From positions 1 to 36,300 of the IMG/VR virus record IMGVR_UViG_3300002092_000104: a DNA stretch of 36,300 bases; one strand, written 5' to 3'. The notes under the pieces are model-generated. The model ran no database searches. It was not told the DNA's origin and saw nothing but the letters and a program-made list of their open reading frames with translations. This document shows, piece by piece, positions 24,891-34,539 of this stretch. Within the stretch, counting starts at the first letter, position 1. Each line of letters opens with the position of its first letter. Source of the stretch: a virus. Lineage: Duplodnaviria; Caudoviricetes. Position numbers and translations under genes: made by a program.

Positions 24891-25223
24891 ATGAGTAAAG
24901 TAATTAAGTTGCCAAGTGGCGCAACCGCCACGATCAAAGACGCAAAAACATTAAAGCAAGGCGATCGTAAAAAAATTATGATCCTTGCGGGGTCAGAAGA
25001 AAACCAAGTAACTGTTGGATTAAAAATTGTAGACACACTTTTATCAATTTTGATTGAAGAATGGTCATTTGATTTGGTACCACCTAGCGTGAAAATCGAT
25101 TCCCTAGATCAACTTTCTATTGATGACTATGACGTGTTGGCTAAAGAAGCCGAAGAAGCGCAGAAATCTATATGGCCAAAGTTTGATGAATCAGGGGACG
25201 AAAGTAGCCCAAAAGACAATTAG
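24891..25223 (+). CDS. Tail assembly chaperone (gpG-like)
   Basis: Position after the tube; acidic; ends at a slippery site. Confidence 0.85.
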   Translation: MSKVIKLPSGATATIKDAKTLKQGDRKKIMILAGSEENQVTVGLKIVDTLLSILIEEWSFDLVPPSVKIDSLDQLSIDDYDVLAKEAEEAQKSIWPKFDESGDESSPKDN

Positions 25224-25438
25224 ATCGCCTAAAGTTTCTACTAAAAACAGGAACTAGAGCCGACGATCTTGAATACCCCGATGAACAATTTTTTTATTAC
25301 GTTTGTGCCGAAAGGTTTGGGTGGACACCGTTACAGGTGGACGAACAACCTGCTTATATGCTGGAATGGCTTATAAATATCGCAAACGCGGTAGAAGAAG
25401 TTAAAGAAGAAAAGAGTAACCCAAATGCCCGCCATTGA
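25208..25438 (+). CDS. -1 frameshift extension of the tail chaperone (gpGT-like, ~182 aa fusion)
   Basis: Slippery C CCA AAA (25208-25214); -1 frame open to TGA 25436-25438: RQLDRLKFLL…AERFGWTPLQVDEQP…. Confidence 0.85.
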   Translation, partial: PKRQLDRLKFLLKTGTRADDLEYPDEQFFYYVCAERFGWTPLQVDEQPAYMLEWLINIANAVEEVKEEKSNPNARH

Positions 25439-25892
25439 AGGTTTTAGTGAGTTGATGGGTCAATTCAAAAAACTTGAAATAGACGTGCGTGAACGCCCTA
25501 AGAAGGCGGCAGAATTAATTGGGTTAGCAGTTGAACGTCAAGCCAAAATTAATGCCTCTACGGGGCAACACAAGCCCGGAAAACCACACATTATCGGCAC
25601 GGGACCCGGACCGAACCGCGCGACAAATAAGTTGCGCGATTCGATTCGGAAGTCAGGGTTTACCGTTGGGTTTGATGGGTACACGGTAGTAGTCGGACCT
25701 ACAATCGAATATGCGCGATCGGTTGAATTGGGATCTTCAAAATGGAAAGTTAGAAGCGATGGACAACCTTTTGAACCGGGTGTCGGTTATCCATTCTTTA
25801 AACCAGCGGTTCAAGGATTAAAACAAATGGGCGCTTTTGACACAATATTCAAACAAGTATGGCGCGGAACTCTGTTAGGGGGTGGTGAATAA
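25425..25892 (+). CDS. HK97 gp10-like neck/tail component
   Basis: IEG..EL…VER.AK…P…T..LRDSI…VGP..EYA..VELG…YPFFKPA. Confidence 0.8.
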   Translation: MPAIEGFSELMGQFKKLEIDVRERPKKAAELIGLAVERQAKINASTGQHKPGKPHIIGTGPGPNRATNKLRDSIRKSGFTVGFDGYTVVVGPTIEYARSVELGSSKWKVRSDGQPFEPGVGYPFFKPAVQGLKQMGAFDTIFKQVWRGTLLGGGE

Positions 25893-28600
25893 TGGAAGGC
25901 AGTTATCTTAAAGAACTTATTTTCAGAGTTACCGCCGATACTAAGGGCGCGATACTTGGGCTAAATGGATTAGAAAAAGAATTAGAAAAACTTAACGTTA
26001 GGGTCGCAACGTCAAAAACGGGGATGGAAAAGTTTGTTGCTACGTCAGCAAGTTTGGGAAAAATGGCGGGAATTGGAATCGCCGCTTTTACGGGAATTGC
26101 TTTAGCGGCTGAGCATTTTTCTAAACAAATCGAAATCGCTAACGCGCAGGTAGAAAACACGCTTACCAATATGGGGTTTAGCGCGGAAAAGGTTATGCCT
26201 TATGTTATTAAATTAGAAAATACTTTTACTAATTTAGGTAAAACCACGGGCGATACGGCGGAAGCGTTTAGCATTTTAACAACTGGCTTGAAATCTCCGA
26301 CCGCGGCTATGGAATATATGGGAACGGTTGCGGATTTTACTGCTAAACAACATATGACGATGGCGGAAGGTGCTACCGCGGTAGTCAAAGCCTCTCAAGG
26401 TATGGCACGAGCGTTTAAGCCAATTGGTGTTACTTTTGACGAAGGTAATTCAAAGGCTGAAAAATTTACTATTGGTATGAAGAAGGTTCAAGAAGCGACA
26501 AAAGGAGCGGCGGAAACTTTTGCGGCAACGGCTTCGGGATCTCTCGACGTGATGAAAGCAAAAACTGAAGCGGCTGCGGCTGTTTTGGGTCAAGCGATGG
26601 CGCCTATATTGGTCAGAATTGCGGCTTTTGTTACTGCGTTTATTATTCCGGCACTTAATAATATGGCTAGAGCGTTTGAAAATAACAAAACACAAATTAA
26701 ATTTGTATTAGACGCACTAGTTGCGGTTTTCTTGGGAAGTAAAATTATTGCTGGAATTATGGCATTTATTACAGTATTAGGATTTTTAAAAGAAGCCTAT
26801 TACGCGGTAAAGGTTGCGGCATTAGCGGCTGCTACCTCTGAAATGGCGGCAGAAGCATTTTCTATTGTCGGTTTAGGGGCGGTCGCGGGTGGAGTCGCGG
26901 CAGTAATTGCTGGATTAAAATTAATAAACGGCGCGATCGATGGAATAGGAAATTCTATTGATAGCAAGTCGGGCGCGATGGGCGACTATAAAAAAATTGT
27001 CGCAAGTATGCTCGCCGATATGGGCAAAGTAAATATGAATTTAGATACCACCCCAACGGGACAACAACCTAAACTTGCTTCCGATTGGAACGCTTCGGCT
27101 AAAGCAATTCAAAGCGCGGCTATTAAAATTCAATCCAGCCTTAAAGATTTAAATAAATTAAACGTAGGACAATCGGTTGCCGATCTTGCGATTAATCCAT
27201 TAACTAAATCATTAAATGACGCAACAAAAGGCGCGTTAGCGTTTGGAGTCGCAACAGATAAGTTAATAACTTTAACTAAAAATTCTGCTGCCGCGGATAA
27301 AGCATACGTTTCTTCTATGAATGACGTTACAACGGCGGGAGTGGCGAGAACTCAAGCCCTTAAAAACGCGGCCGATGTTGCTAGTGCGTCAGCAGTTCAA
27401 GCGGCTACGGACGCGGATTCTGCGTTACAAGATATTATGAACGCTCAAAAAGCGTACGCGAACGAAGTTATTTCTACTGTAAATGCGATGAGATCAGCCT
27501 TTCAAAACGCAACTAATTTTAATATTGGAACAACGGCTTCAAATATTACTGCGGCTAAAAAGAATTTAGCAGACGCTCAAGCGGTACTTGCTGACGCTCA
27601 GGCAAAATTTAAAACACAAGTATCTACACAAGCCTACGATAATGTTATTACCAATACGGCTTTGCCAGTATTTACTGCGGAACAAAGAGCGGTTGAAAAA
27701 GCGCAAGAAGATTTAGCGATTGCGTTAGGAACCAAACAAAGTCCGTTTTTAGCGACGGCAGAAGAATTAAAAATTGCGTTACAAGCGTCTTATGATAATT
27801 CGGTTCAATTAGCGCAGACGGCTGGAAATCTTTCCGCGGCTGGATTTAGTCAAGAATTTATTAATCAAATAATCTCGCAAGGACCTGATCTCGGAGTTCA
27901 ATTAGGCAAGGCTATTTTATCTACTGCGCCAGCGGCTCAATCTAGTATGAGCGATTTATTTAATAAAATGACGGATCTAAGTAAAACTGGCGTTAATAAT
28001 TTATCTATTCAATTAAACCAAAACGCAATTAACGTGATGGATACATTTATTAAGAATTTTGGCAATATTTCAATCTCACCTATTGATAAATTGGTTTCAG
28101 CGATTACCACTAGAATTGACGCTATGGTAACTTCAATAACGGAAGCAATAAAAGCGATTATGGCTCAATTAGCGGCATTAGGTCAGATAGCGCCAACAAC
28201 TCCAACAATTCAAAATTTGGTTAAAGGCGTTAAAGATCCTAATGCGAAAATTGATCCTGTTACGCAATCGATGATTAATACAGGCACGGGATATGTTTCT
28301 TCAACGGGAGTCAGTTCAAACGATCCAAATGCAGGAACTTTTGCTCAATATTATCAAGGAACGTCGGGCGGTTTATATGGATCAACCCCGGCAGTATCTA
28401 CCCCAACAACACCTTATAATCCATTAAGCGGAATGACGGTAACCATTAATAATTATCAGCCTACCGATACCGCTACCGCTATGTCCGACGCGGCTTGGGG
28501 TGCGCGTACTTCGTTAGACGTTAATTACACTTTACCTAGCGCCGCTTCTGCCGCGGTGACAACGGGTATTATGAATAAATTAAATACAGGGGGATACTAA
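25892..28600 (+). CDS. Tape measure protein
   Basis: 902 aa Ala-rich helical protein with a central hydrophobic segment; between chaperone and Dit. Confidence 0.92.
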   Translation: MEGSYLKELIFRVTADTKGAILGLNGLEKELEKLNVRVATSKTGMEKFVATSASLGKMAGIGIAAFTGIALAAEHFSKQIEIANAQVENTLTNMGFSAEKVMPYVIKLENTFTNLGKTTGDTAEAFSILTTGLKSPTAAMEYMGTVADFTAKQHMTMAEGATAVVKASQGMARAFKPIGVTFDEGNSKAEKFTIGMKKVQEATKGAAETFAATASGSLDVMKAKTEAAAAVLGQAMAPILVRIAAFVTAFIIPALNNMARAFENNKTQIKFVLDALVAVFLGSKIIAGIMAFITVLGFLKEAYYAVKVAALAAATSEMAAEAFSIVGLGAVAGGVAAVIAGLKLINGAIDGIGNSIDSKSGAMGDYKKIVASMLADMGKVNMNLDTTPTGQQPKLASDWNASAKAIQSAAIKIQSSLKDLNKLNVGQSVADLAINPLTKSLNDATKGALAFGVATDKLITLTKNSAAADKAYVSSMNDVTTAGVARTQALKNAADVASASAVQAATDADSALQDIMNAQKAYANEVISTVNAMRSAFQNATNFNIGTTASNITAAKKNLADAQAVLADAQAKFKTQVSTQAYDNVITNTALPVFTAEQRAVEKAQEDLAIALGTKQSPFLATAEELKIALQASYDNSVQLAQTAGNLSAAGFSQEFINQIISQGPDLGVQLGKAILSTAPAAQSSMSDLFNKMTDLSKTGVNNLSIQLNQNAINVMDTFIKNFGNISISPIDKLVSAITTRIDAMVTSITEAIKAIMAQLAALGQIAPTTPTIQNLVKGVKDPNAKIDPVTQSMINTGTGYVSSTGVSSNDPNAGTFAQYYQGTSGGLYGSTPAVSTPTTPYNPLSGMTVTINNYQPTDTATAMSDAAWGARTSLDVNYTLPSAASAAVTTGIMNKLNTGGY

Positions 28601-29458
28601 ATGGCTACCGTAACCTCACTTAATCTTTATTCTTTCGCGTTTAATGGATTTGTATTTGGTGGAGCGGGTAACGGGGTTCAAATTCTAAGTATTGAAGGAT
28701 TAGAAGATCTTCCTAAATTGCGCGTTCAAGATGACAATCGCGGATATGCGGATGGAATGTTTACGGGTAGAGATTTTTATAGCAATAGAACTTTAACTTT
28801 TACGGTTCAAATTCTTGCTAGCGAAACAAACTCTATGGTTCAAAACCTAGAATATTTACAAACGGCTTTACAACCTCAGCAAACAGGAACAGGGATTCTT
28901 CAATTTCAACTTCCTAACGCGGATCTGCAAAGAGTAAATGCTCGCGTGAGAAGAAGATCGATTAAGATTGACCCTGATTTTACTTATGGTAAAGCGGTGG
29001 GAATGTATGAATTTTTTTGCCCTGATCCGTTGATTTATGACGATACCTTGCAAACCGTAGATATATCTCAATCTTCATCCGCCGTTGGACGTACGTATAA
29101 CCGTACTTATAATATGAGTTTTGGCGGTGGTTCAGCAAGCAACCTTGTGATTAATAGCGGGTGGGCGACGACTTATCCGACCATAACTATTAATGGACCT
29201 GTTATAAATCCGCAAATTAGTAATGCGACTACGGGTAATTTCCTATTGATTAATTACTCTTTACAGACTTCCGACATAATGGTAATTGATACAAATCTAA
29301 GAACCGTTACTTTAAATGGGGTCAATAGGCGATCCTTGTTAGATAATACTTCTTCGTGGTTTGCCGCTTCACCGGGAACTACAATATTAAACTTTAGAGG
29401 AACAGGCACAAGTGGATCGACTACTTGTGTGGTATCTTGGCGCAACGCGTATATCTAG
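28601..29458 (+). CDS. Distal tail protein (Dit)
   Basis: Follows TMP; DG…GR.FY..R.LT, F.CPDP..Y, N.G…TYP.ITI.GP..NP motifs. Confidence 0.82.
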   Translation: MATVTSLNLYSFAFNGFVFGGAGNGVQILSIEGLEDLPKLRVQDDNRGYADGMFTGRDFYSNRTLTFTVQILASETNSMVQNLEYLQTALQPQQTGTGILQFQLPNADLQRVNARVRRRSIKIDPDFTYGKAVGMYEFFCPDPLIYDDTLQTVDISQSSSAVGRTYNRTYNMSFGGGSASNLVINSGWATTYPTITINGPVINPQISNATTGNFLLINYSLQTSDIMVIDTNLRTVTLNGVNRRSLLDNTSSWFAASPGTTILNFRGTGTSGSTTCVVSWRNAYI

Positions 29459-29468
29459 GAGATAAATA

Positions 29469-30470
29469 ATGGCACTACGCACACCACCATCTTGGTTACA
29501 AAATGGATCTCACCCTGCCGAAAATGATCGTTTAACGGCGACGGGTTCATTATGGAATAGTGCTGGAATTTGTGATTACGGGGATTTAATTGTTGCGCCT
29601 ACGGGAACACCATCTATGGCAGTTACCATCGCGGCGGGAAAATGTATTATTCTTGGATCTCAGACTTCTACTCAAGGTTTTTATATTGCTTATAATGACG
29701 CGGCTTATACTGCGACGATTTCTACCGCTAACGCAAGTTTGGGACGTATTGATCTAATAGTGGTAACAGTTCAGGACGCGTTTTATGGCGGAACTGCAAA
29801 CAATCAGGTTTTATTCCAAGTGATCACAGGAACACCTGCTTCAACTCCTGTTGCTCCTAGCGCGCCATCTAACTCATTAATTTTGGCTCAGGTATTGGTT
29901 GCGGCGGCGGTTACTTCTATTACTAGCGGTGCTATTACAGATACGCGTGTTATAGCCTCTTTAGCAGACGTTAATATAACTGCAACAAACGTTGCTTCAA
30001 ACTCGCTTGCGGTTAATACGGTTGCTTCGCAAACAGGTAAGGCGATCCGAGTTAATAACTCAGCGGGAACTCAAGTATTTGCCGTATCTCCGGCTGGTTT
30101 AGTTACTTTCCCTGACGGAACAACGCAAAATACTTCATCCGTTTATAATCCAAATTTAACGGTTAATACGCAAACTGGTTTAACTTATACGATGAACGTT
30201 ACCGACGCGCAAAAGTTAGTTACTTTTAATAACGCTGCGGTGCAAACCGTAACGATTGCGTCTAACGCTACTCAGGCTTTGCCAGCGGGAACTCAAATTC
30301 AAGTTGCCCAACTAGGCGCAGGTCAAGTTACTTTTGTGGGAGCAACGACTCCTGCGGTGGTAACGATCAACGCGACTCCGGGCTTAAAACTTAGAACTCA
30401 GTATTCGGCTGCGACTCTTGTGCAGATTAGCACCGATAACTGGATTCTTATTGGCGATTTGACGGCGTAA
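29469..30470 (+). CDS. Tail fibre / baseplate arm protein
   Basis: SMAVTIAAG, RIDLIV…V..GTP…P..P.AP…LAQV.V….I.D.R N-domain; C-terminal GTQI…Q.GAGQVT…LRTQYS.ATL…WILIGDL domain. Confidence 0.75.
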   Translation: MALRTPPSWLQNGSHPAENDRLTATGSLWNSAGICDYGDLIVAPTGTPSMAVTIAAGKCIILGSQTSTQGFYIAYNDAAYTATISTANASLGRIDLIVVTVQDAFYGGTANNQVLFQVITGTPASTPVAPSAPSNSLILAQVLVAAAVTSITSGAITDTRVIASLADVNITATNVASNSLAVNTVASQTGKAIRVNNSAGTQVFAVSPAGLVTFPDGTTQNTSSVYNPNLTVNTQTGLTYTMNVTDAQKLVTFNNAAVQTVTIASNATQALPAGTQIQVAQLGAGQVTFVGATTPAVVTINATPGLKLRTQYSAATLVQISTDNWILIGDLTA

Positions 30471-30474
30471 TAAA

Positions 30475-31860
30475 ATGCCTTTATTACTGGGAATGGTCGC
30501 TGAATTAGGTAAGCGAATTAATACGTCTTGGATTAATAATATTACGGGAAGAACGTTTAGCGGTTCTGGTTACGGGTATCCCTCAAATTCAGGAACTAGC
30601 ATAAATAATGCTTTAGAAGGTTATGCTGTGCAAGCGGGTTCAACTCTAACCCTTTACAAAACGGATTATACAAGCAAAATTGTTAAATATTGGTCTTTCC
30701 CAACCACGGGAAGTATTGTTAATTTTTCACAAAATATCGTTACTCAAAATAATAACAATAATAATATTATTATTAGTTATTCGGTTGCGTCAACCGAAAA
30801 CGGAATTATTAAATTTGATACTAACGCTGCTACGGTAACTTGGAGAAAAACTTTAAATACAATTTACGCGGATTATCCAACTATTTTAAGTTCGGCTCAA
30901 GATTCAAGCGGAAATGTATATATTACTGGGTATATGAATACAGGCGGTGGGATTTCAAGTATTGGTGCTCAAAATCCGTTTTTATCAAAATTAGATTCAA
31001 GCGGAAATATATTATGGACAACTTGGTATAGTTCAAGTCTTAGTGGTGCTACTTCAATAAGTTATAATGCAATGTCTTTAAAAATAGGGTTAGATGGATA
31101 TATATACATTTATTTTACGTGGGCGGATAGCGGAAGTGGTAGAGCACCTACGATTACAAAATTTAATTCAAGTGGAACCCTCCAATGGTCAAAATATGCA
31201 TCTATTACCAGTGCTAACCCTTTAAGTTATGCAAGTATTGTAATAGATTCTTCCGGAAATGTTTATCTTGCTACTGGAAGTGCCGATACAGGAACTTCTT
31301 GTAGAATAGTTATTACAAAATTAAATTCATCGGGAACTTTTGTTTCAGCGCAAACTTGGACTTTTCCAGCCAGCAGTTATTTTGGACACAATATGGCTTC
31401 AGACATAGACGCAAATGGAAATTTATATTTTGCTTGGGAAACAGATACTCCCGATGTGTTGTTTATAGCGAAATTTAATTCTTCTTTTTCCCTCGTTTAT
31501 ACAAACTCGCTATCTTGCACCGCTTTATCGTCTAGTGTACCAACTCGTTCAAATTATCTTACGGTCAATAATTATTCAAATACATTTGCACTAAATTGTT
31601 ATATTGCACCTTCTGCTGGCAACTATCAAGCAACTCAAATTAGATTACCTTTAGACGGCACAAAAACAGGTACTTATGTTAACGGGTCTTATTCTTGGGT
31701 TTATGCAACAAATACTATTTGGTCAACTGCAACTAACCCGACAATTACAGTTTATACTCTTGCTTCGTCAAGTACAAACGTAACGTTATCGGCAACTGCG
31801 GGTTCTTCAACAGTCACAACCAATACCGTTCCCACTCAAGTAATTACTTCGATACCATAA
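30475..31860 (+). CDS. Beta-propeller repeat protein, candidate receptor-binding protein
   Basis: Repeated DSSGNVY…KL(D/N)SSG..W units; AT-rich relative to neighbours. Confidence 0.75.
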   Translation: MPLLLGMVAELGKRINTSWINNITGRTFSGSGYGYPSNSGTSINNALEGYAVQAGSTLTLYKTDYTSKIVKYWSFPTTGSIVNFSQNIVTQNNNNNNIIISYSVASTENGIIKFDTNAATVTWRKTLNTIYADYPTILSSAQDSSGNVYITGYMNTGGGISSIGAQNPFLSKLDSSGNILWTTWYSSSLSGATSISYNAMSLKIGLDGYIYIYFTWADSGSGRAPTITKFNSSGTLQWSKYASITSANPLSYASIVIDSSGNVYLATGSADTGTSCRIVITKLNSSGTFVSAQTWTFPASSYFGHNMASDIDANGNLYFAWETDTPDVLFIAKFNSSFSLVYTNSLSCTALSSSVPTRSNYLTVNNYSNTFALNCYIAPSAGNYQATQIRLPLDGTKTGTYVNGSYSWVYATNTIWSTATNPTITVYTLASSSTNVTLSATAGSSTVTTNTVPTQVITSIP

Positions 31861-31863
31861 AAA

Positions 31864-32967
31864 ATGGCGGTCTATCGTTATTTATTCGCGGATCTTAGAA
31901 CCAATGCGATTCTTGCGGAATTGCCCCTAACGGGTGTTAGTTTTACCCAAGCGTTAAATACTGCGGGTTCATTTGCGGCGCATTTGTTATTATCCGATCC
32001 GCGTTTAACTAATTACGATATTCAGGGATCAACGATTCCTGCTCGTACGGCTATTTATGTGGATAGGGATGGCGTTTTAGTTTGGGGCGGAGTTTTGTGG
32101 ACGCGGGTTTATTCGTCGGAAACTCAAACAATGAATTTTACGGCTAGAGAATTTGAAAGTTATTTTGAGCGAAGAAGAATTGTTACGAGCGTAGCCTTTA
32201 CAACAACGGATCAACTGACCGTGGCGCAATCTCTTATTAATACGGCGCAATCTGCTACGGGCGGAAATATTGACATAATCGTGCCTTCTAATACGTCAGG
32301 AATTACGGTAGATCGCGTTTATTATTCTTACGAGTTAAAAGATGTATGGAGCGCAGTAAAAGATTTATCTACTTCTTCTACTGGTTTTGATATTAATATA
32401 GATGTTGCTTATGACAGTTTTGGAACTCCAAAAAAGTATTTAAGAACTGATTACCCTTACCGCGGTATTCCTTATGTATCTACTAACGCGGGCGCGCTTG
32501 TTTTAGAATTGCCCGGAAATATTGTGCAATATGAATATCCCGATGAAGGAAACATTACGGCTAACGCGATGTATGCAATCGGACCGGGAAGTAATGAAGG
32601 AAAATTAATTGGTAGCGCGTATATCACTACTCAAGTGGCGGCAGGATGGCCCTTGCTGGAAGATACCACGACTTATAACGATGTTTACGATCCGACGTTA
32701 TTAACTAACTTGGCGGCTGGTGAAGTAACGGCAAAACAAAATCCGGTAGTTACGGCGAAGGTAGTTATTCCTGCTTACGTTGATCCGGTATTGGGATCTT
32801 ATAAAACGGGCGATGAAGTTATGTTAAGAATTACCGATGACCGATGGGTTCAGCAAAATAATACGGGTTACGGTTTAACGGCGATTAAGAGAATCGTAGC
32901 AATCGCGGTAGAGCCGGGTGAAAATTCGCCTGAGCGGGTTACACTTACTCTTGCTGATCCAACTTAA
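31864..32967 (+). CDS. Minor tail / baseplate hub protein
   Basis: YRYL..DL.T…AELP, LN.AG, V.RDG.LVWGG, Y..GD.V…I.D motifs of actinophage hub proteins. Confidence 0.78.
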   Translation: MAVYRYLFADLRTNAILAELPLTGVSFTQALNTAGSFAAHLLLSDPRLTNYDIQGSTIPARTAIYVDRDGVLVWGGVLWTRVYSSETQTMNFTAREFESYFERRRIVTSVAFTTTDQLTVAQSLINTAQSATGGNIDIIVPSNTSGITVDRVYYSYELKDVWSAVKDLSTSSTGFDINIDVAYDSFGTPKKYLRTDYPYRGIPYVSTNAGALVLELPGNIVQYEYPDEGNITANAMYAIGPGSNEGKLIGSAYITTQVAAGWPLLEDTTTYNDVYDPTLLTNLAAGEVTAKQNPVVTAKVVIPAYVDPVLGSYKTGDEVMLRITDDRWVQQNNTGYGLTAIKRIVAIAVEPGENSPERVTLTLADPT

Positions 32968-32982
32968 TAAGGGAGTAAATAA

Positions 32983-33198
32983 ATGAGTTATATTAATTTG
33001 CCACCTGCGCTTTCTATGATGTTTGATGAAATAGATAAAAGATTACGTAGATTAGAAACCGCGGTTAGATTTACCGCGCCTAACGTAGCAACTGATCCAA
33101 CAAATCCAAAAAAAGGTGATATTTGGCTTAACACTACGTCAAACACTTTAAAAGCAGTAGATAAAAACGGAATAGTTAAAACAATTACTTGGTCATAG
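32983..33198 (+). CDS. Small tail tip protein
   Basis: RLRRLET coiled coil followed by a GDIWLNTT module. Confidence 0.6.
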   Translation: MSYINLPPALSMMFDEIDKRLRRLETAVRFTAPNVATDPTNPKKGDIWLNTTSNTLKAVDKNGIVKTITWS

Positions 33199-33223
33199 TC
33201 CACAATAACCGTAAAGGCGCAAA

Positions 33224-33526
33224 ATGAATAAATCCGACTTAGCAACTATAATTTACTCTTACACATTCGTTACGGGTGCGCTTGGATCTGTAATATGGTT
33301 TATAATGAAAAAAGCCATTCACCACGTTATACAAGAGAATATGGAAGATATAAAAATAATTAAACACGAGGTTACGCCAAATAGCGGTGGATCTATGAAC
33401 GATAAAATCAATAAAGAAATAATTCCTATGCTTAAAGAGTTAAGGGAAAATCAAATTAAGATCGGGATCGAAGTTGCAACAATCGATGGCAAATTTGAAC
33501 AACACGTTAGGGAACATTCATTATGA
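33224..33526 (+). CDS. Single-TM membrane protein of the lysis cassette
   Basis: N-terminal TM segment, PNSGGSM.D motif, coiled coil; precedes the endolysin. Confidence 0.65.
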   Translation: MNKSDLATIIYSYTFVTGALGSVIWFIMKKAIHHVIQENMEDIKIIKHEVTPNSGGSMNDKINKEIIPMLKELRENQIKIGIEVATIDGKFEQHVREHSL

Positions 33527-34002
33527 AGGCTGACGATATAATTGCTTTGGCTAAAAAAGAAATCGGTTATAAAGAGGGGACTAATAACGATACTAAATAT
33601 GGGGTTTGGTATGGATTAAACCATCAACCGTGGTGCGCGATGTTTGTTTCATATATCTTTCACGAAGCGGGGCTAACCAATCTTATCGCTCAAACCCCTA
33701 AAGGTTACGCGGCTTGCCAATCGTTTGAAGCGTGGGCTAAAGATCATCATTTATCCGTACCCGTTGCCAGCGTTCAGGCGGGGGATATTTTGTTATTTGA
33801 TTTTGCCAAATCGGGAGTGGCGGAGCATACTGGGATTGCCATTTCAGGGATTGATCCGCACACGCATTTGGTTTCCAGTATTGAAGGTAATACTGGTACT
33901 GACCACGTAGGAGTGAATCAGGCTAACGGGGACGGCGTTTACCAAAAGGTTAGGGCGACAACGATCATCCGTACGGTGATCCGTCCTAAATACACAAACT
34001 AA
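33523..34002 (+). CDS. Endolysin, CHAP/NlpC-type amidase-peptidase
   Basis: A..EIGY.EG..N.TKYG.WY…PWCAMFV, GDI..F, HTGI, IEGNT. Confidence 0.9.
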   Translation: MKADDIIALAKKEIGYKEGTNNDTKYGVWYGLNHQPWCAMFVSYIFHEAGLTNLIAQTPKGYAACQSFEAWAKDHHLSVPVASVQAGDILLFDFAKSGVAEHTGIAISGIDPHTHLVSSIEGNTGTDHVGVNQANGDGVYQKVRATTIIRTVIRPKYTN

Positions 34003-34010
34003 GGAGCAAT

Positions 34011-34214
34011 ATGAATATAAACTGGGTTAAAGTTCAAACAGTAGGTGGAACTTGGGTTCGCGCGTTTGTTGCGGCAACACTTGCCGCCTATATGAGCGGT
34101 TATAACAGTCCTAAGTATCTTCTACACGCTGGATTAGCGGCTATCTTGCCAGTGGTTTTGCGCTACGCGAATCCTAACGATGTCTTTCCAGCACCATCAA
34201 ACACAACTAAATAA
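34011..34214 (+). CDS. Holin
   Basis: 67 aa with two hydrophobic helices (W.RAF.AA.LA; GLAAILPV.LR..NP.D); follows the endolysin. Confidence 0.75.
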   Translation: MNINWVKVQTVGGTWVRAFVAATLAAYMSGYNSPKYLLHAGLAAILPVVLRYANPNDVFPAPSNTTK

Positions 34215-34229
34215 TTAAGTAATACCAGC

Positions 34230-34301
34230 AAGCCCCTGTTCTATCGTGTAACCTATCCCTTAATTCTAGGGGGGTCATATGGCAGAGCAGGGGCTTTTTT
34301 T
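34230..34301 (+). terminator. Long imperfect hairpin plus T-run ending the late operon
   Basis: AAGCCCCTGTTCT/AGAGCAGGGGCTT outer stem, G-U-rich extension, TTTTTTT tail. Confidence 0.7.
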
Positions 34302-34539
34302 GGCTTTAAAAGAGTTGTCGGAAAATAACGTTAAAGAAAAACACGTGGGATGTAAGTTATATCCGTTATATGTAGAAAATACCGAAGAATCAAAAATGAT
34401 CCTAGAAATATTAGATAATAAAGAAATCTCAGCCGTTAAATTGGCAAAGGTATTAAAAGATAATGGGATTAAAATAAGCGTCGATTCGTTACGTCGCCAT
34501 CGAAATCGTAAAGGCGGGGTGGGTTGCCAATGTCCTTAA
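34279..34539 (+). CDS. Small HTH-like protein with a Cys/His cluster (start ATG 34279 or TTG 34300)
   Basis: GC…ISA.KLA.VL…G..IS..SLRRHR….C.C. Confidence 0.65.
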   Translation: MAEQGLFLALKELSENNVKEKHVGCKLYPLYVENTEESKMILEILDNKEISAVKLAKVLKDNGIKISVDSLRRHRNRKGGVGCQCP

